From NCBI RefSeq assembly GCF_009914755.1, contig NC_060925.1: a stretch of 64,000 nt of DNA, one strand, 5' to 3'. The notes under the pieces were generated by a model, which had not been told where the DNA came from, did no database searches, and saw nothing but the letters and a program-made list of their open reading frames with translations. The position numbers were made by a program, and so were the translations under genes. This DNA comes from the human T2T-CHM13v2.0 reference genome, Homo sapiens. This document shows, piece by piece, positions 11,541-25,474 of the stretch. Each line of letters begins with the position of its first letter. The first letter of the stretch is position 1.

Positions 11541-13916
11541 TTGACCACTTAGAGGCCTTTGTTGGAAACGGGTTTTTTTCATGTAAGGCTAGACAGAAGA
11601 ATTCCCAGTAACTTCCTTGTGTTGTGTGCATTCAACTCACAGAGTTGAACGTTCCCTTAGACAGAGCAGATTTGAAACACTCTATTTGTGCAATTTCCAA
11701 GTGTAGATTTCAAGCGCTTTAAGGTCAACGGCAGAAAAGGAAATATCTTCGTTTCAAAACTAGAGAGAATCATTCCCACAAACTGCGTTGTGATGTGTTC
11801 GTTCAACTCACAGAGTTTAACCTTTCTGTTCATAGAGCAGTTAGGAAACACTCTGTAAAGTCTGTAAGTGGATATTCTGACATCTTGTGGCCTTCGTTGG
11901 AAACGGGATTTCTTCATATTCTGCTAGACAGAAGAATTCTCAGTAACTTCCTTGTGTTGTGTGTATTCAACTCACAGAGTTGAACGATCCTTTACACAGA
12001 GCAGACTTGAAACACTCTTTTTGTGGAATTTGCAAGTGGAGATTTCAGCCGCTTTGAGGTCAATGGTAGAAAAGGAAACTATCTTCATATAAAGACTAGA
12101 CAGAATGATTCTCAGAAAATCTTTTGTGATGTGTGCGTTCAACTCACAGAGTTTAACTTTTCTTCTCATAGAGCAGTTAGGAAACACTCTGTTTGTAAAG
12201 TCTGCAAGTGGATATTCAGACCTCTTTGAGACCTTCGTTGGAAACGGGATTTCTTCATATTATGCTAGACAGAATAATTCTCAGTAACTTCCTTGTGTTG
12301 TGTGTATTCAACTCACAGAGTTGAACGATCCTTTACGGAGATCAGGATTGAAACACTCTTTTTGTCGAATTTGCAAGTGGAGATTTCAGCCGCTTTGAGG
12401 TCAATGGTAGAATAGGAAATATCTTCTTATAGAAACTAGACAGAATGATTCTCATAAACTCCTTTGTGATGTGTGCGTTCAACTCACAGAGTTTAACCTT
12501 TCTTTTCATAGAGCAGTTAGGAAACACTCTGTTTGTAAAGTCTGCAAGTGGATATTCAGACCTCCTTGAGGCCTTCGTTGGAAACGGGATTTCTTCATAT
12601 TCTGCTAGACAGAAGAATTCTCAGTAACTTCCTTGTGTTGTGTTTATTCAACTCACAGAGTTGAATGATCCTTTACACAGAGCAGACTTGAAACACTCTT
12701 TTTGTGGAATTTGCAAGTGGAGATTTCAGCCGCTTTGAGGTCAATGGTAGAAAAGTAAATATCTTCGTATAAAGACTAGACAGAATGATTCTCAGAAACT
12801 CCTTTGTGATGTGTGCGTTCAACTCACAGAGTTTAACCTTTCTGTTCATAGAGCAGTTAGGAAACACTCTGTTTGTAAAGTCTGCAAGTGGATATTCAGA
12901 CCTCCTTGAGGCCTTCGTTGGAAACGGGATTTCTTCATATTCTGCTAGACAGAAGAATTCTCAGTAACTTCCTTGTGTTGTGTGTATTCAACTCACAGAG
13001 TTGAACGATCCTTTACACAGAGCAGACTTGAAACACTCTTCTTGTGGAATTTGCAAGTGGAGATTTCAGCCGCTTTGAGGTCAATGGTAGAAAAGGAAAT
13101 ATCTTCGTATAAAGACTAGACAGAATGATTCTCAGAAACTCCTTTGTGATGTGTGCGTTCAACTCACAGAGTTTAACCTTTCTGTTCATAGAGCAGTTAG
13201 GAAACACTCTGTTTGTAAAGTCTGCAAGTGGATATTCAGACCCCCTTGAGGCCTTCGTTGGAAACGGGATTTCTTCATATTCTGCTAGACAGAAGAATTC
13301 TCAGTAACTTCCTTGTGTTGTGTGTATTCAACTCACAGAGTTGAACGATCCTTTACACAGAGCAGACTTGAAACACTCTTTTTGTGGAATTTGCAATTGG
13401 AGATTTCAGCCGCTTTGAGGTCAATAGTAGAAAAGGAAATATCTTCGTAGAAAAACTAGACAGAATGATTCTCAGAAACTCCTTTGTGATGTGTGTGTTC
13501 AACTCACAGAGTTTAACCTTTCTTTTCATAGAGCAGTTAGTAAACACTCTGTTTATAAAGTCTGCAAGTGGATATTCAGACCCCTTTGAGGCCTTCGTTG
13601 GAAACGGGATTTCTTCATATTATGCTAGACAGAAGAATTCTCAGTAACTTCCTTGTGTTGTGTGTATTCAACTGACAGAGTTGAACTTTCATTTAGAGAG
13701 AGCAGATTTGAAACACTGTTTTTGTGGAATTTGCAAGTGGAGATTTCAAGCGCTTTGGGGCCAAAGGCAGAAAAGGAAATATCTTCGTATAAAAACTAGA
13801 CAGAATCATTCTCAGAAACTGCCGCGTGATGTGTGCGTTCAACTCTCAGAGTTTAACATTTCTTTTCATTCAGCGGTTTGGAAACACTCTGTTTGTAAAG
13901 TCTGCACGTGGATATT
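11541..13916 (+). repeat. HOR variant, 14-mer A'BCDGEF (2376 bp)
   Basis: Landmark spacing and dimer barcodes. Confidence 0.85.
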
Positions 13917-16900
13917 TTGACCACTTAGAGGCCTTCGTTGGAAACGGGTTTTTTTCATGTAAGGCTAGACAGAAGAATTCCCAGTAACTTCCTTGTGTTG
14001 TGTGCATTCAACTCACAGAGTTGAACGTTCCCTTAGACAGAGCAGATTTGAAACACTCTATTTGTGCAATTTGCAAGTGTAGATTTCAAGCGCTTTAAGG
14101 TCAACGGCAGAAAAGGAAATATCTTTGTTTCAAAACTAGATAGAATCATTCCCACAAACTGCGTTGTGATGTGTTCGTTCAACTCACAGAGTTTAACCTT
14201 TCTGTTCATAGAGCAGTTAGGAAACACTCTGTTTGTAAAGTCTGTAAGTGGATATTCTGACATCTTGTGGCCTTCGTTGGAAACGGGATTTCTTCATATT
14301 CTGCTAGACAGAAGAATTCTCAGTAACTTCCTTGTGTTGTGTGTATTCAACTCACAGAGTTGAACGATCCTTTACACAGAGCAGACTTGAAACACTCTTT
14401 TTGTGGAATTTGCAAGTGGAGATTTCAGCCGCTTTGAGGTCAATGGTAGAAAAGGAAACTATCTTCATATAAAGACTAGACAGAATGATTCTCAGAAAAT
14501 CTTTTGTGATGTGTGCGTTCAACTCACAGAGTTTAACTTTTCTTCTCATAGAGCAGTTAGGAAACACTCTGTTTGTAAAGTCTGCAAGTGGATATTCAGA
14601 CCTCTTTGAGGCCTTCGTTGGAAACGGGATTTCGTCATATTATGCTAGACAGAATAATTCTCAGTAACTTCCTTGTGTTGTGTGTATTCAACTCACAGAG
14701 TTGAAGGATCCTTTACAGAGAGCAGGCTTGAAACACTCTTTTTGTCGAATTTGCAAGTGGAGATTTCAGCCGCTTTGAGGTCAATGGTAGAATAGGAAAT
14801 ATCTTCTTATAGAAACTAGACAGAATGATTCTCATAAACTCCTTTGTGATGTGTGCGTTCAACTCACAGAGTTTAACCTTTCTTTTCATAGAGCAGTTAG
14901 GAAAAACTCTGTTTGAAAAGTCTGCAAGTGGATATTCAGACCTCCTTGAGGCCTTCGTTGGAAACGGGATTTCTTCATATTCTGCTAGACAGAAGAATTC
15001 TCAGTAACTTCCTTGTGTTGTGTTTATTCAACTCACAGAGTTGAATGATCCTTTACACAGAGCAGACTTGAAACACTCTTTTTGTGGAATTTGCAAGTGG
15101 AGATTTCAGCCGCTTTGAGGTCAATGGTAGAAAAGTAAATATCTTCGTATAAAGACTAGACAGAATGATTCTCAAAAACTCCTTTGTGATGTGTGCGTTC
15201 AACTCACAGAGTTTAACCTTTCTGTTCATAGAGCAGTTAGGAAACACTCTGTTTGTAAAGTCTGCAAGTGGATATTCAGACCTCCTTGAGGCCTTCGTTG
15301 GAAACGGGATTTCTTCATACTCTGCTAGACAGAAGAATTCTCAGTAACTTCCTTGTGTTGTGTGTATTCAACTCACAGAGTTGAACGATCCTTTACACAG
15401 AGCAGACTTGAAACACTCTTTTTGTGGAATTTGCAAGTGGAGATTTCAGCCGCTTTGAGGTCAATAGTAGAAAAGGAAATATCTTCGTAGAAAAACTAGA
15501 CAGAATGATTCTCAGAAACTCCTTTGTGATGTGTGTGTTCAACTCACAGAGTTTAACCTTTCTTTTCATAGAGCAGTTAGTAAACACTCTGTTTATAAAG
15601 TCTGCAAGTGGATATTCAGACCCCTTTGAGGCCTTCGTTGGAAACGGGATTTCTTCATATTATGCTAGACAGAAGAATTCTCAGTAACTTCCTTGTGTTG
15701 TGTGTATTCAACTGACAGAGTTGAACTTTCATTTAGAGAGAGCAGATTTGAAACACTGTTTTTGTGGAATTTGCAAGTGGAGATTTCAAGCGCTTTGGGG
15801 CCAAAGGCAGAAAAGGAAATATCTTCGTATAAAAACTAGACAGAATCATTCTCAGAAACTGCTGCGTGATGTGTGCGTTCAACTCTCAGAGTTTAACTTT
15901 TCTTTTCATTCAGCGGTTTGGAAACACTCTGTTTGTAAAGTCTGCACGTGGATATTTTGACCACTTAGAGGCCTTTGTTGGAAACGGGTTTTTTTCATGT
16001 AAGGCTAGACAGAAGAATTCCCAGTAACTTCCTTGTGTTGTGTGCATTCAACTCACAGAGTTGAACGTTCCCTTAGACAGAGCAGATTTGAAACACTCTA
16101 TTTGTGCAATTTCCAAGTGTAGATTTCAAGCGCTTTAAGGTCAACGGCAGAAAAGGAAATATCTTCGTTTCAAAACTAGAGAGAATCATTCCCACAAACT
16201 GCGTTGTGATGTGTTCGTTCAACTCACAGAGTTTAACCTTTCTGTTCATAGAGCAGTTAGGAAACACTCTGTAAAGTCTGTAAGTGGATATTCTGACATC
16301 TTGTGGCCTTCGTTGGAAACGGGATTTCTTCATATTCTGCTAGACAGAAGAATTCTCAGTAACTTCCTTGTGTTGTGTGTATTCAACTCACAGAGTTGAA
16401 CGATCCTTTACACAGATCAGACTTGAAACACTCTTTTTGTGGAATTTGCAAGTGGAGATTTCAGCCGCTTTGAGGTCAATGGTAGAAAAGGAAACTATCT
16501 TCATATAAAGACTAGACAGAATGATTCTCAGAAAATCTTTTGTGATGTGTGCGTTCAACTCACAGAGTTTAACTTTTCTTCTCATAGAGCAGTTAGGAAA
16601 CACTCTGTTTGTAAAGTCTGCAAGTGGATATTCAGACCTCTTTGAAGCCTTCGTTGGAAACGGGATTTCTTCATATTATGCTAGACAGAATAATTCTCAG
16701 TAACTTCCTTGTGTTGTGTGTATTCAACTCACAGAGTTGAACGATCCTTTACAGAGATCAGGATTGAAACACTCTTTTTGTCGAATTTGCAAGTGGAGAT
16801 TTCAGCCGCTTTGAGGTCAATGGTAGAATAGGAAATATCTTCTTATAGAAACTAGACAGAATGATTCTCATAAACTCCTTTGTGATGTGTGCGTTCAACT

Positions 16901-18672
16901 CACAGAGTTTAACCTTTCTTTTCATAGAGCAGTTAGGAAACACTCTGTTTGTAAAGTCTGCAAGTGGATATTCAGACCTCCTTGAGGCCTTCGTTGGAAA
17001 CGGGATTTCTTCATATTCTGCTAGACAGAAGAATTCTCAGTAACTTCCTTGTGTTGTGTTTATTCAACTCACAGAGTTGAATGATCCTTTACACAGAGCA
17101 GACTTGAAACACTCTTTTTGTGGAATTTGCAAGTGGAGATTTCAGCCGCTTTGAGGTCAATGGTAGAAAAGTAAATATCTTCGTATAAAGACTAGACAGA
17201 ATGATTCTCAGAAACTCCTTTGTGATGTGTGCGTTCAACTCACAGAGTTTAACCTTTCTGTTCATAGAGCAGTTAGGAAACACTCTGTTTGTAAAGTCTG
17301 CAAGTGGATATTCAGACCTCCTTGAGGCCTTCGTTGGAAACGGGATTTCTTCATATTCTGCTAGACAGAAGAATTCTCAGTAACTTCCTTGTGTTGTGTG
17401 TATTCAACTCACAGAGTTGAACGATCCTTTACACAGAGCAGACTTGAAACACTCTTCTTGTGGAATTTGCAAGTGGAGATTTCAGCCGCTTTGAGGTCAA
17501 TGGTAGAAAAGGAAATATCTTCGTATAAAGACTAGACAGAATGATTCTCAGAAACTCCTTTGTGATGTGTGCGTTCAACTCACAGAGTTTAACTTTTCTT
17601 TTCATAGAGCAGTTAGGAAACACTCTGTTTGTAAAGTCTGCAAGTGGATATTCAGACCTCTTTGAGGCCTTCTTTGGAAACGGGATTTCTTCATATTATG
17701 CTAGACAGAAGAATTCTCAGTAACTTCCTTGTGTTGTGTGTATTCAACTCACAGAGCTGAACGATCCTTTACACAGAGCAGACTTGAAACATTCTTTTTG
17801 TGGAATTTGCAAGTGGAGATTTCAGCCGCTTTGAGGTCAATGGTAGAATAGGAAATATCTTCCTATAGAAACTAGACAGAACGATTCTCAGAAACTCCTT
17901 TGTGATGTGTGCGTTCAACTCACAGAGTTTAACCTTTCTTTTCATAGAGCAGTTAGGAAACACTCTGTTTGTAAAGTCTGCAAGTGGATATTCAGACCTC
18001 TTTGAGGCCTTCGTTGGAAACGGGATTTCTTCCTATTCTGCTAGACAGAAGAATTCTCAGTAACTTCCTTGTGTTGTGTGTATTCAACTCACAGAGTTGA
18101 ACGATCCTTTACACAGAGCAGACTTGAAACACTCTTTTTGTGGAATTTGCAAGTGGAGATTTCAGCCGCTTTGAGGTCAATAGTAGAAAAGGAAATATCT
18201 TCGTAGAAAAACTAGACAGAATGATTCTCAGAAACTCCTTTGTGATGTGTGTGTTCAACTCACAGAGTTTAACCTTTCTTTTCATAGAGCAGTTAGTAAA
18301 CACTCTGTTTATAAAGTCTGCCAGTGGATATTCAGACCCCTTTGAGGCCTTCGTTGGAAACGGGATTTCTTCATATTATGCTAGACAGAAGAATTCTCAG
18401 TAACTTCCTTGTGTTGTGTGTATTCAACTGACAGAGTTGAACTTTCATTTAGAGAGAGCAGATTTGAAACACTGTTTTTGTGGAATTTGCAAGTGGAGAT
18501 TTCAAGCGCTTTGGGGCCAAAGGCAGAAAAGGAAATATCTTCGTATAAAAACTAGACAGAATCATTCTCAGAAACTGCTGCGTGATGTGTGCGTTCAACT
18601 CTCAGAGTTTAACATTTCTTTTCATTCAGCGGTTTGGAAACACTCTGTTTGTAAAGTCTGCACGTGGATATT
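13917..18672 (+). repeat. 28-mer super-HOR copy 1: ABCDEF (2040) + A'BCDGHEF (2716)
   Basis: Landmarks at 13917, 15957 and 18673. Confidence 0.85.
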
Positions 18673-21600
18673 TTGACCACTTAGAGGCCTTCGTTGGAAA
18701 CGGGTTTTTTTCATGTAAGGCTAGACAGAAGAATTCCCAGTAACTTCCTTGTGTTGTGTGCATTCAACTCACAGAGTTGAACGTTCCCTTAGACAGAGCA
18801 GATTTGAAACATTCTATTTGTGCAATTTGCAAGTGTAGATTTCAAGCGCTTTAAGGTCAACGGCAGAAAAGGAAATATCTTCGTTTCAAAACTAGACAGA
18901 ATCATTCCCACAAACTGCGTTGTGATGTGTTCGTTCAACTCACAGAGTTTAACCTTTCTGTTCATAGAGCAGTTAGGAAACACTCTGTTTGTAAAGTCTG
19001 TAAGTGGATATTCTGACATCTTGTGGCCTTCGTTGGAAACGGGATTTCTTCATATTCTGCTAGACAGAAGAATTCTCAGTAACTTCCTTGTGTTGTGTGC
19101 ATTCAACTCACAGAGTTGAACGATCCTTTACACAGAGCAGACTTGAAACACTCTTTTTGTGGAATTTGCAAGTGGAGATTTCAGCCGCTTTGAGGTCAAT
19201 GGTAGAAAAGGAAACTATCTTCATATAAAGACTAGACAGAATGATTCTCAGAAAATCTTTTGTGATGTGTGCGTTCAACTCACAGAGTTTAACTTTTCTT
19301 CTCATAGAGCAGTTAGGAAACACTCTGTTTGTAAAGTCTGCAAGTGGATATTCAGACCTCTTTGAGGCCTTCGTTGGAAACGGGATTTCTTCATATTATG
19401 CTAGACAGAATAATTCTCAGTAACTTCCTTGTGTTGTGTGTATTCAACTCACAGAGTTGAAGGATCCTTTACAGAGAGCAGGCTTGAAACACTCTTTTTG
19501 TCGAATTTGCAAGTGGAGATTTCAGCCGCTTTGAGGTCAATGGTAGAATAGGAAATATCTTGTTATAGAAACTAGACAGAATGATTCTCATAAACTCCTT
19601 TGTGATGTGTGCGTTCAACTCACAGAGTTTAACCTTTCTTTTCATAGAGCAGTTAGGAAAAACTCTGTTTGAAAAGTCTGCAAGTGGATATTCAGACCTC
19701 CTTGAGGCCTTCGTTGGAAACGGGATTTCTTCATATTCTGCTAGACAGAAGAATTCTCAGTAACTTCCTTGTGTTGTGTTTATTCAACTCACAGAGTTGA
19801 ACGATCCTTTACACAGAGCAGACTTGAAACACTCTTTTTGTGGAATTTGCAAGTGGAGATTTCAGCCGCTTTGAGGTCAATGGTAGAAAAGTAAATATCT
19901 TCGTATAAAGACTAGACAGAATGATTCTCAAAAACTCCTTTGTGATGTGTGCGTTCAACTCACAGAGTTTAACCTTTCTGTTCATAGAGCAGTTAGGAAA
20001 CACTCTGTTTGTAAAGTCTGCAAGTGGATATTCAGACCTCCTTGAGGCCTTCGTTGGAAACGGGATTTCTTCATACTCTGCTAGACAGAAGAATTCTCAG
20101 TAACTGCCTTGTGTTGTGTGTATTCAACTCACAGAGTTGAACGATCCTTTACACAGAGCAGACTTGAAACACTCTTTTTGTGGAATTTGCAAGTGGAGAT
20201 TTCAGCCGCTTTGAGGTCAATAGTAGAAAAGGAAATATCTTCGTAGAAAAACTAGACAGAATGATTCTCAGAAACTCCTTTGTGATGTGTGTGTTCAACT
20301 CACAGAGTTTAACCTTTCTTTTCATAGAGCAGTTAGTAAACACTCTGTTTATAAAGTCTGCAAGTGGATATTCAGACCCCTTTGAGGCCTTCGTTGGAAA
20401 CGGGATTTCTTCATATTATGCTAGACAGAAGAATTCTCAGTAACTTCCTTGTGTTGTGTGTATTCAACTGACAGAGTTGAACTTTCATTTAGAGAGAGCA
20501 GATTTGAAACACTGTTTTTGTGGAATTTGCAAGTGGAGATTTCAAGCGCTTTGGGGCCAAAGGCAGAAAAGGAAATATCTTCGTATAAAAACTAGACAGA
20601 ATCATTCTCAGAAACTGCTGCGTGATGTGTGCGTTCAACTCTCAGAGTTTAACTTTTCTTTTCATTCAGCGGTTTGGAAACACTCTGTTTGTAAAGTCTG
20701 CACGTGGATATTTTGACCACTTAGAGGCCTTTGTTGGAAACGGGTTTTTTTCACGTAAGGCTAGACAGAAGAATTCCCAGTAACTTCCTTGTGTTGTGTG
20801 CATTCAACTCACAGAGTTGAACGTTCCCTTAGACAGAGCAGATTTGAAACACTCTATTTGTGCAATTTCCAAGTGTAGATTTCAAGCGCTTTAAGGTCAA
20901 CGGCAGAAAAGGAAATATCTTCGTTTCAAAACTAGACAGAATCATTCCCACAAACTGCGTTGTGATGTGTTCGTTCAACTCACAGAGTTTAACCTTTCTG
21001 TTCATAGAGCAGTTAGGAAACACTCTGTTTGTAAAGTCTGTAAGTGGATATTCTGACATCTTGTGGCCTTCGTTGGAAACGGGATTTCTTCATATTCTGC
21101 TAGACAGAAGAATTCTCAGTAACTTCCTTGTGTTGTGTGTATTCAACTCACAGAGTTGAACGATCCTTTACACAGAGCAGACTTGAAACACTCTTTTTGT
21201 GGAATTTGCAAGTGGAGATTTCAGCCGCTTTGAGGTCAATGGTAGAAAAGGAAACTATCTTCATATAAAGACTAGACAGAATGATTCTCAGAAAATCTTT
21301 TGTGATGTGTGCGTTCAACTCACAGAGTTTAACTTTTCTTCTCATAGAGCAGTTAGGAAACACTCTGTTTGTAAAGTCTGCAAGTGGATATTCAGACCTC
21401 TTTGAAGCCTTCGTTGGAAACGGGATTTCTTCATATTATGCTAGACAGAATAATTCTCAGTAACTTCCTTGTGTTGTGTGTATTCAACTCACAGAGTTGA
21501 ACGATCCTTTACAGAGATCAGGATTGAAACACTCTTTTTGTCGAATTTGCAAGTGGAGATTTCAGCCGCTTTGAGGTCAATGGTAGAATAGGAAATATCT

Positions 21601-23434
21601 TCTTATAGAAACTAGACAGAATGATTCTCATAAACTCCTTTGTGATGTGTGCGTTCAACTCACAGAGTTTAACCTTTCTTTTCATAGAGCAGTTAGGAAA
21701 CACTCTGTTTGTAAAGTCTGCAAGTGGATATTCAGACCTCCTTGAGGCCTTCGTTGGAAACGGGATTTCTTCATATTCTGCTAGACAGAAGAATTCTCAG
21801 TAACTTCCTTGTGTTGTGTTTATTCAACTCACAGAGTTGAATGATCCTTTACACAGAGCAGACTTGAAACACTCTTTTTGTGGAATTTGCAAGTGGAGAT
21901 TTCAGCCGCTTTGAGGTCAATGGTAGAAAAGTAAATATCTTCGTATAAAGACTAGACAGAATGATTCTCAGAAACTCCTTTGTGATGTGTGCGTTCAACT
22001 CACAGAGTTTAACCTTTCTGTTCATAGAGCAGTTAGGAAACACTCTGTTTGTAAAGTCTGCAAGTGGATATTCAGACCTCCTTGAGGCCTTCGTTGGAAA
22101 CGGGATTTCTTCATATTCTGCTAGACAGAAGAATTCTCAGTAACTTCCTTGTGTTGTGTGTATTCAACTCACAGAGTTGAACGATCCTTTACACAGAGCA
22201 GACTTGAAACACTCTTCTTGTGGAATTTGCAAGTGGAGATTTCAGCCGCTTTGAGGTCAATGGTAGAAAAGGAAATATCTTCGTATAAAGACTAGACAGA
22301 ATGATTCTCAGAAACTCCTTTGTGATGTGTGCGTTCAACTCACAGAGTTTAACTTTTCTTTTCATAGAGCAGTTAGGAAACACTCTGTTTGTAAAGTCTG
22401 CAAGTGGATATTCAGACCTCTTTGAGGCCTTCGTTGGAAACGGGATTTCTTCATATTATGCTAGACAGAAGAATTCTCAGTAACTTCCTTGTGTTGTGTG
22501 TATTCAACTCACAGAGTTGAACGATCCTTTACACAGAGCAGACTTGAAACATTCTTTTTGTGGAATTTGCAAGTGGAGATTTCAGCCGCTTTGAGGTCAA
22601 TGGTAGAATAGGAAATATCTTCCTATAGAAACTAGACAGAACGATTCTCAGAAACTCCTTTGTGATGTGTGCGTTCAACTCACAGAGTTTAACCTTTCTT
22701 TTCATAGAGCAGTTAGGAAACACTCTGTTTGTAAAGTCTGCAAGTGGATATTCAGACCTCTTTGAGGCCTTCGTTGGAAACGGGATTTCTTCCTATTCTG
22801 CTAGACAGAAGAATTCTCAGTAACTTCCTTGTGTTGTGTGTATTCAACTCACAGAGTTGAACGATCCTTTACACAGAGCAGACTTGAAACACTCTTTTTG
22901 TGGAATTTGCAAGTGGAGATTTCAGCCGCTTTGAGGTCAATAGTAGAAAAGGAAATATCTTCGTAGAAAAACTAGACAGAATGATTCTCAGAAACTCCTT
23001 TGTGATGTGTGTGTTCAACTCACAGAGTTTAACCTTTCTTTTCATAGAGCAGTTAGTAAACACTCTGTTTATAAAGTCTGCCAGTGGATATTCAGACCCC
23101 TTTGAGGCCTTCGTTGGAAACGGGATTTCTTCATATTATGCTAGACAGAAGAATTCTCAGTAACTTCCTTGTGTTGTGTGTATTCAACTGACAGAGTTGA
23201 ACTTTCATTTAGAGAGAGAGGAGATTTGAAACACTGTTTTTGTGGAATTTGCAAGTGGAGATTTCAAGCGCTTTGGGGCCAAAGGCAGAAAAGGAAATAT
23301 CTTCGTATAAAAACTAGACAGAATCATTCTCAGAAACTGCTGCGTGATGTGTGCGTTCAACTCTCAGAGTTTAACTTTTCTTTTCATTCAGCGGTTTGGA
23401 AACACTCTGTTTGTAAAGTCTGCACGTGGATATT
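18673..23434 (+). repeat. 28-mer super-HOR copy 2: ABCDEF (2040) + ABCDGHEF (2722)
   Basis: Landmarks at 18673, 20713 and 23435; shares private variants with 13917-18672. Confidence 0.85.
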
Positions 23435-25474
23435 TTGACCACTTAGAGGCCTTCGTTGGAAACGGGTTTTTTTCATGTAAGGCTAGACAGAAGAATTCCC
23501 AGTAACTTCCTTGTGTTGTGTGCATTCAACTCACAGAGTTGAACGTTCCCTTAGACAGAGCAGATTTGAAACACTCTATTTGTGCAATTTGCAAGTGTAG
23601 ATTTCAAGCGCTTTAAGGTCAACGGCAGAAAAGGAAATATCTTCGTTTCAAAACTAGACAGAATCATTCCCACAAACTGCGTTGTGATGTGTTCGTTCAA
23701 CTCACAGAGTTTAACCTTTCTGTTCATAGAGCAGTTAGGAAACACTCTGTTTGTAAAGTCTGTAAGTGGATATTCTGACATCTTGTGGCCTTCGTTGGAA
23801 ACGGGATTTCTTCATATTCTGCTAGACAGAAGAATTCTCAGTAACTTCCTTGTGTTGTGTGTATTCAACTCACAGAGTTGAACGATCCTTTACACAGAGC
23901 AGACTTGAAACACTCTTTTTGTGGAAATTGCAAGTGGAGATTTCAGCCGCTTTGAGGTCAATGGTAGAAAAGGAAACTATCTTCATATAAAGACTAGACA
24001 GAATGATTCTCAGAAAATCTTTTGTGATGTGTGCGTTCAACTCACAAAGTTTAACTTTTCTTCTCATAGAGCAGTTAGGAAACACTCTGTTTGTAAAGTC
24101 TGCAAGTGTATATTCAGACCTCTTTGAGGCCTTCGTTGGAAACGGGATTTCTTCATATTATGCTAGACAGAATAATTCTCAGTAATTTCCTTGTGTTGTG
24201 TGTATTCAACTCACAGAGTTGAAGGATCCTTTACAGAGAGCAGGCTTGAAACACTCTTTTTGTCGAATTTGCAAGTGGAGATTTCAGCCGCTTTGAGGTC
24301 AATGGTAGAATAGGAAATATCTTCTTATAGAAACTAGACAGAATGATTCTCATAAACTCCTTTGTGATGTGTGCGTTCAACTCACAGAGTTTAACCTTTC
24401 TTTTCATAGAGCAGTTAGGAAACACTCTGTTTGTAAAGTCTGCAAGTGGATATTCAGACCTCCTTGAGGCCTTCGTTGGAAATGGGATTTCTTCATATTC
24501 TGCTAGACAGAAGAATTCTCAGTAACTTCCTTGTGTTGTGTTTATTCAACTCACAGAGTTGAATGATCCTTTACACAGAGCAGACTTGAAACACTCTTTT
24601 TGTGGAATTTGCAAGTGGAGATTTCAGCCGCTTTGAGGTCAATGGTAGAAAAGTAAATATCTTCGTATAAAGACTAGACAGAATGATTCTCAGAAACTCC
24701 TTTGTGATGTGTGCGTTCAACTCACAGAGTTTAACCTTTCTGTTCATAGAGCAGTTAGGAAACACTCTGTTTGTAAAGTCTGCAAGTGGATATTCAGACC
24801 TCCTTGAGGCCTTCGTTGGAAACGGGATTTCTTCATATTCTGCTAGACAGAAGAATTCTCAGTAACTTCCTTGTGTTGTGTGTATTCAACTCACAGAGTT
24901 GAACGATCCTTTACACAGAGCAGACTTGAAACACTCTTTTTGTGGAATTTGCAAGTGGAGATTTCAGCCGCTTTGAGGTCAATAGTAGAAAAGGAAATAT
25001 CTTCGTAGAAAAACTAGACAGAATGATTCTCAGAAACTCCTTTGTGATGTGTGTGTTCAACTCACAGAGTTTAACCTTTCTTTTCATAGAGCAGTTAGTA
25101 AACACTCTGTTTATAAAGTCTGCAAGTGGATATTCAGACCCCTTTGAGGCCTTCGTTGGAAACGGGATTTCTTCATATTATGCTAGACAGAAGAATTCTC
25201 AGTAACTTCCTTGTGTTGTGTGTATTCAACTGACAGAGTTGAACTTTCATTTGGAGAGAGCATTTTTGAAACACTGTTTTTGTGGAATTTGCAAGTGGAG
25301 ATTTCAAGCGCTTTGGGGCCAAAGGCAGAAAAGGAAATATCTTCGTATAAAAACTAGACAGAATCATTCTCAGAAACTGCTGCGTGATGTGTGCGTTCAA
25401 CTCTCAGAGTTTAACTTTTCTTTTCATTCAGCGGTTTGGAAACACTCTGTTTGTAAAGTCTGCACGTGGATATT
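23435..25474 (+). repeat. HOR unit, 12-mer ABCDEF
   Basis: 2040-bp landmark spacing. Confidence 0.85.
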
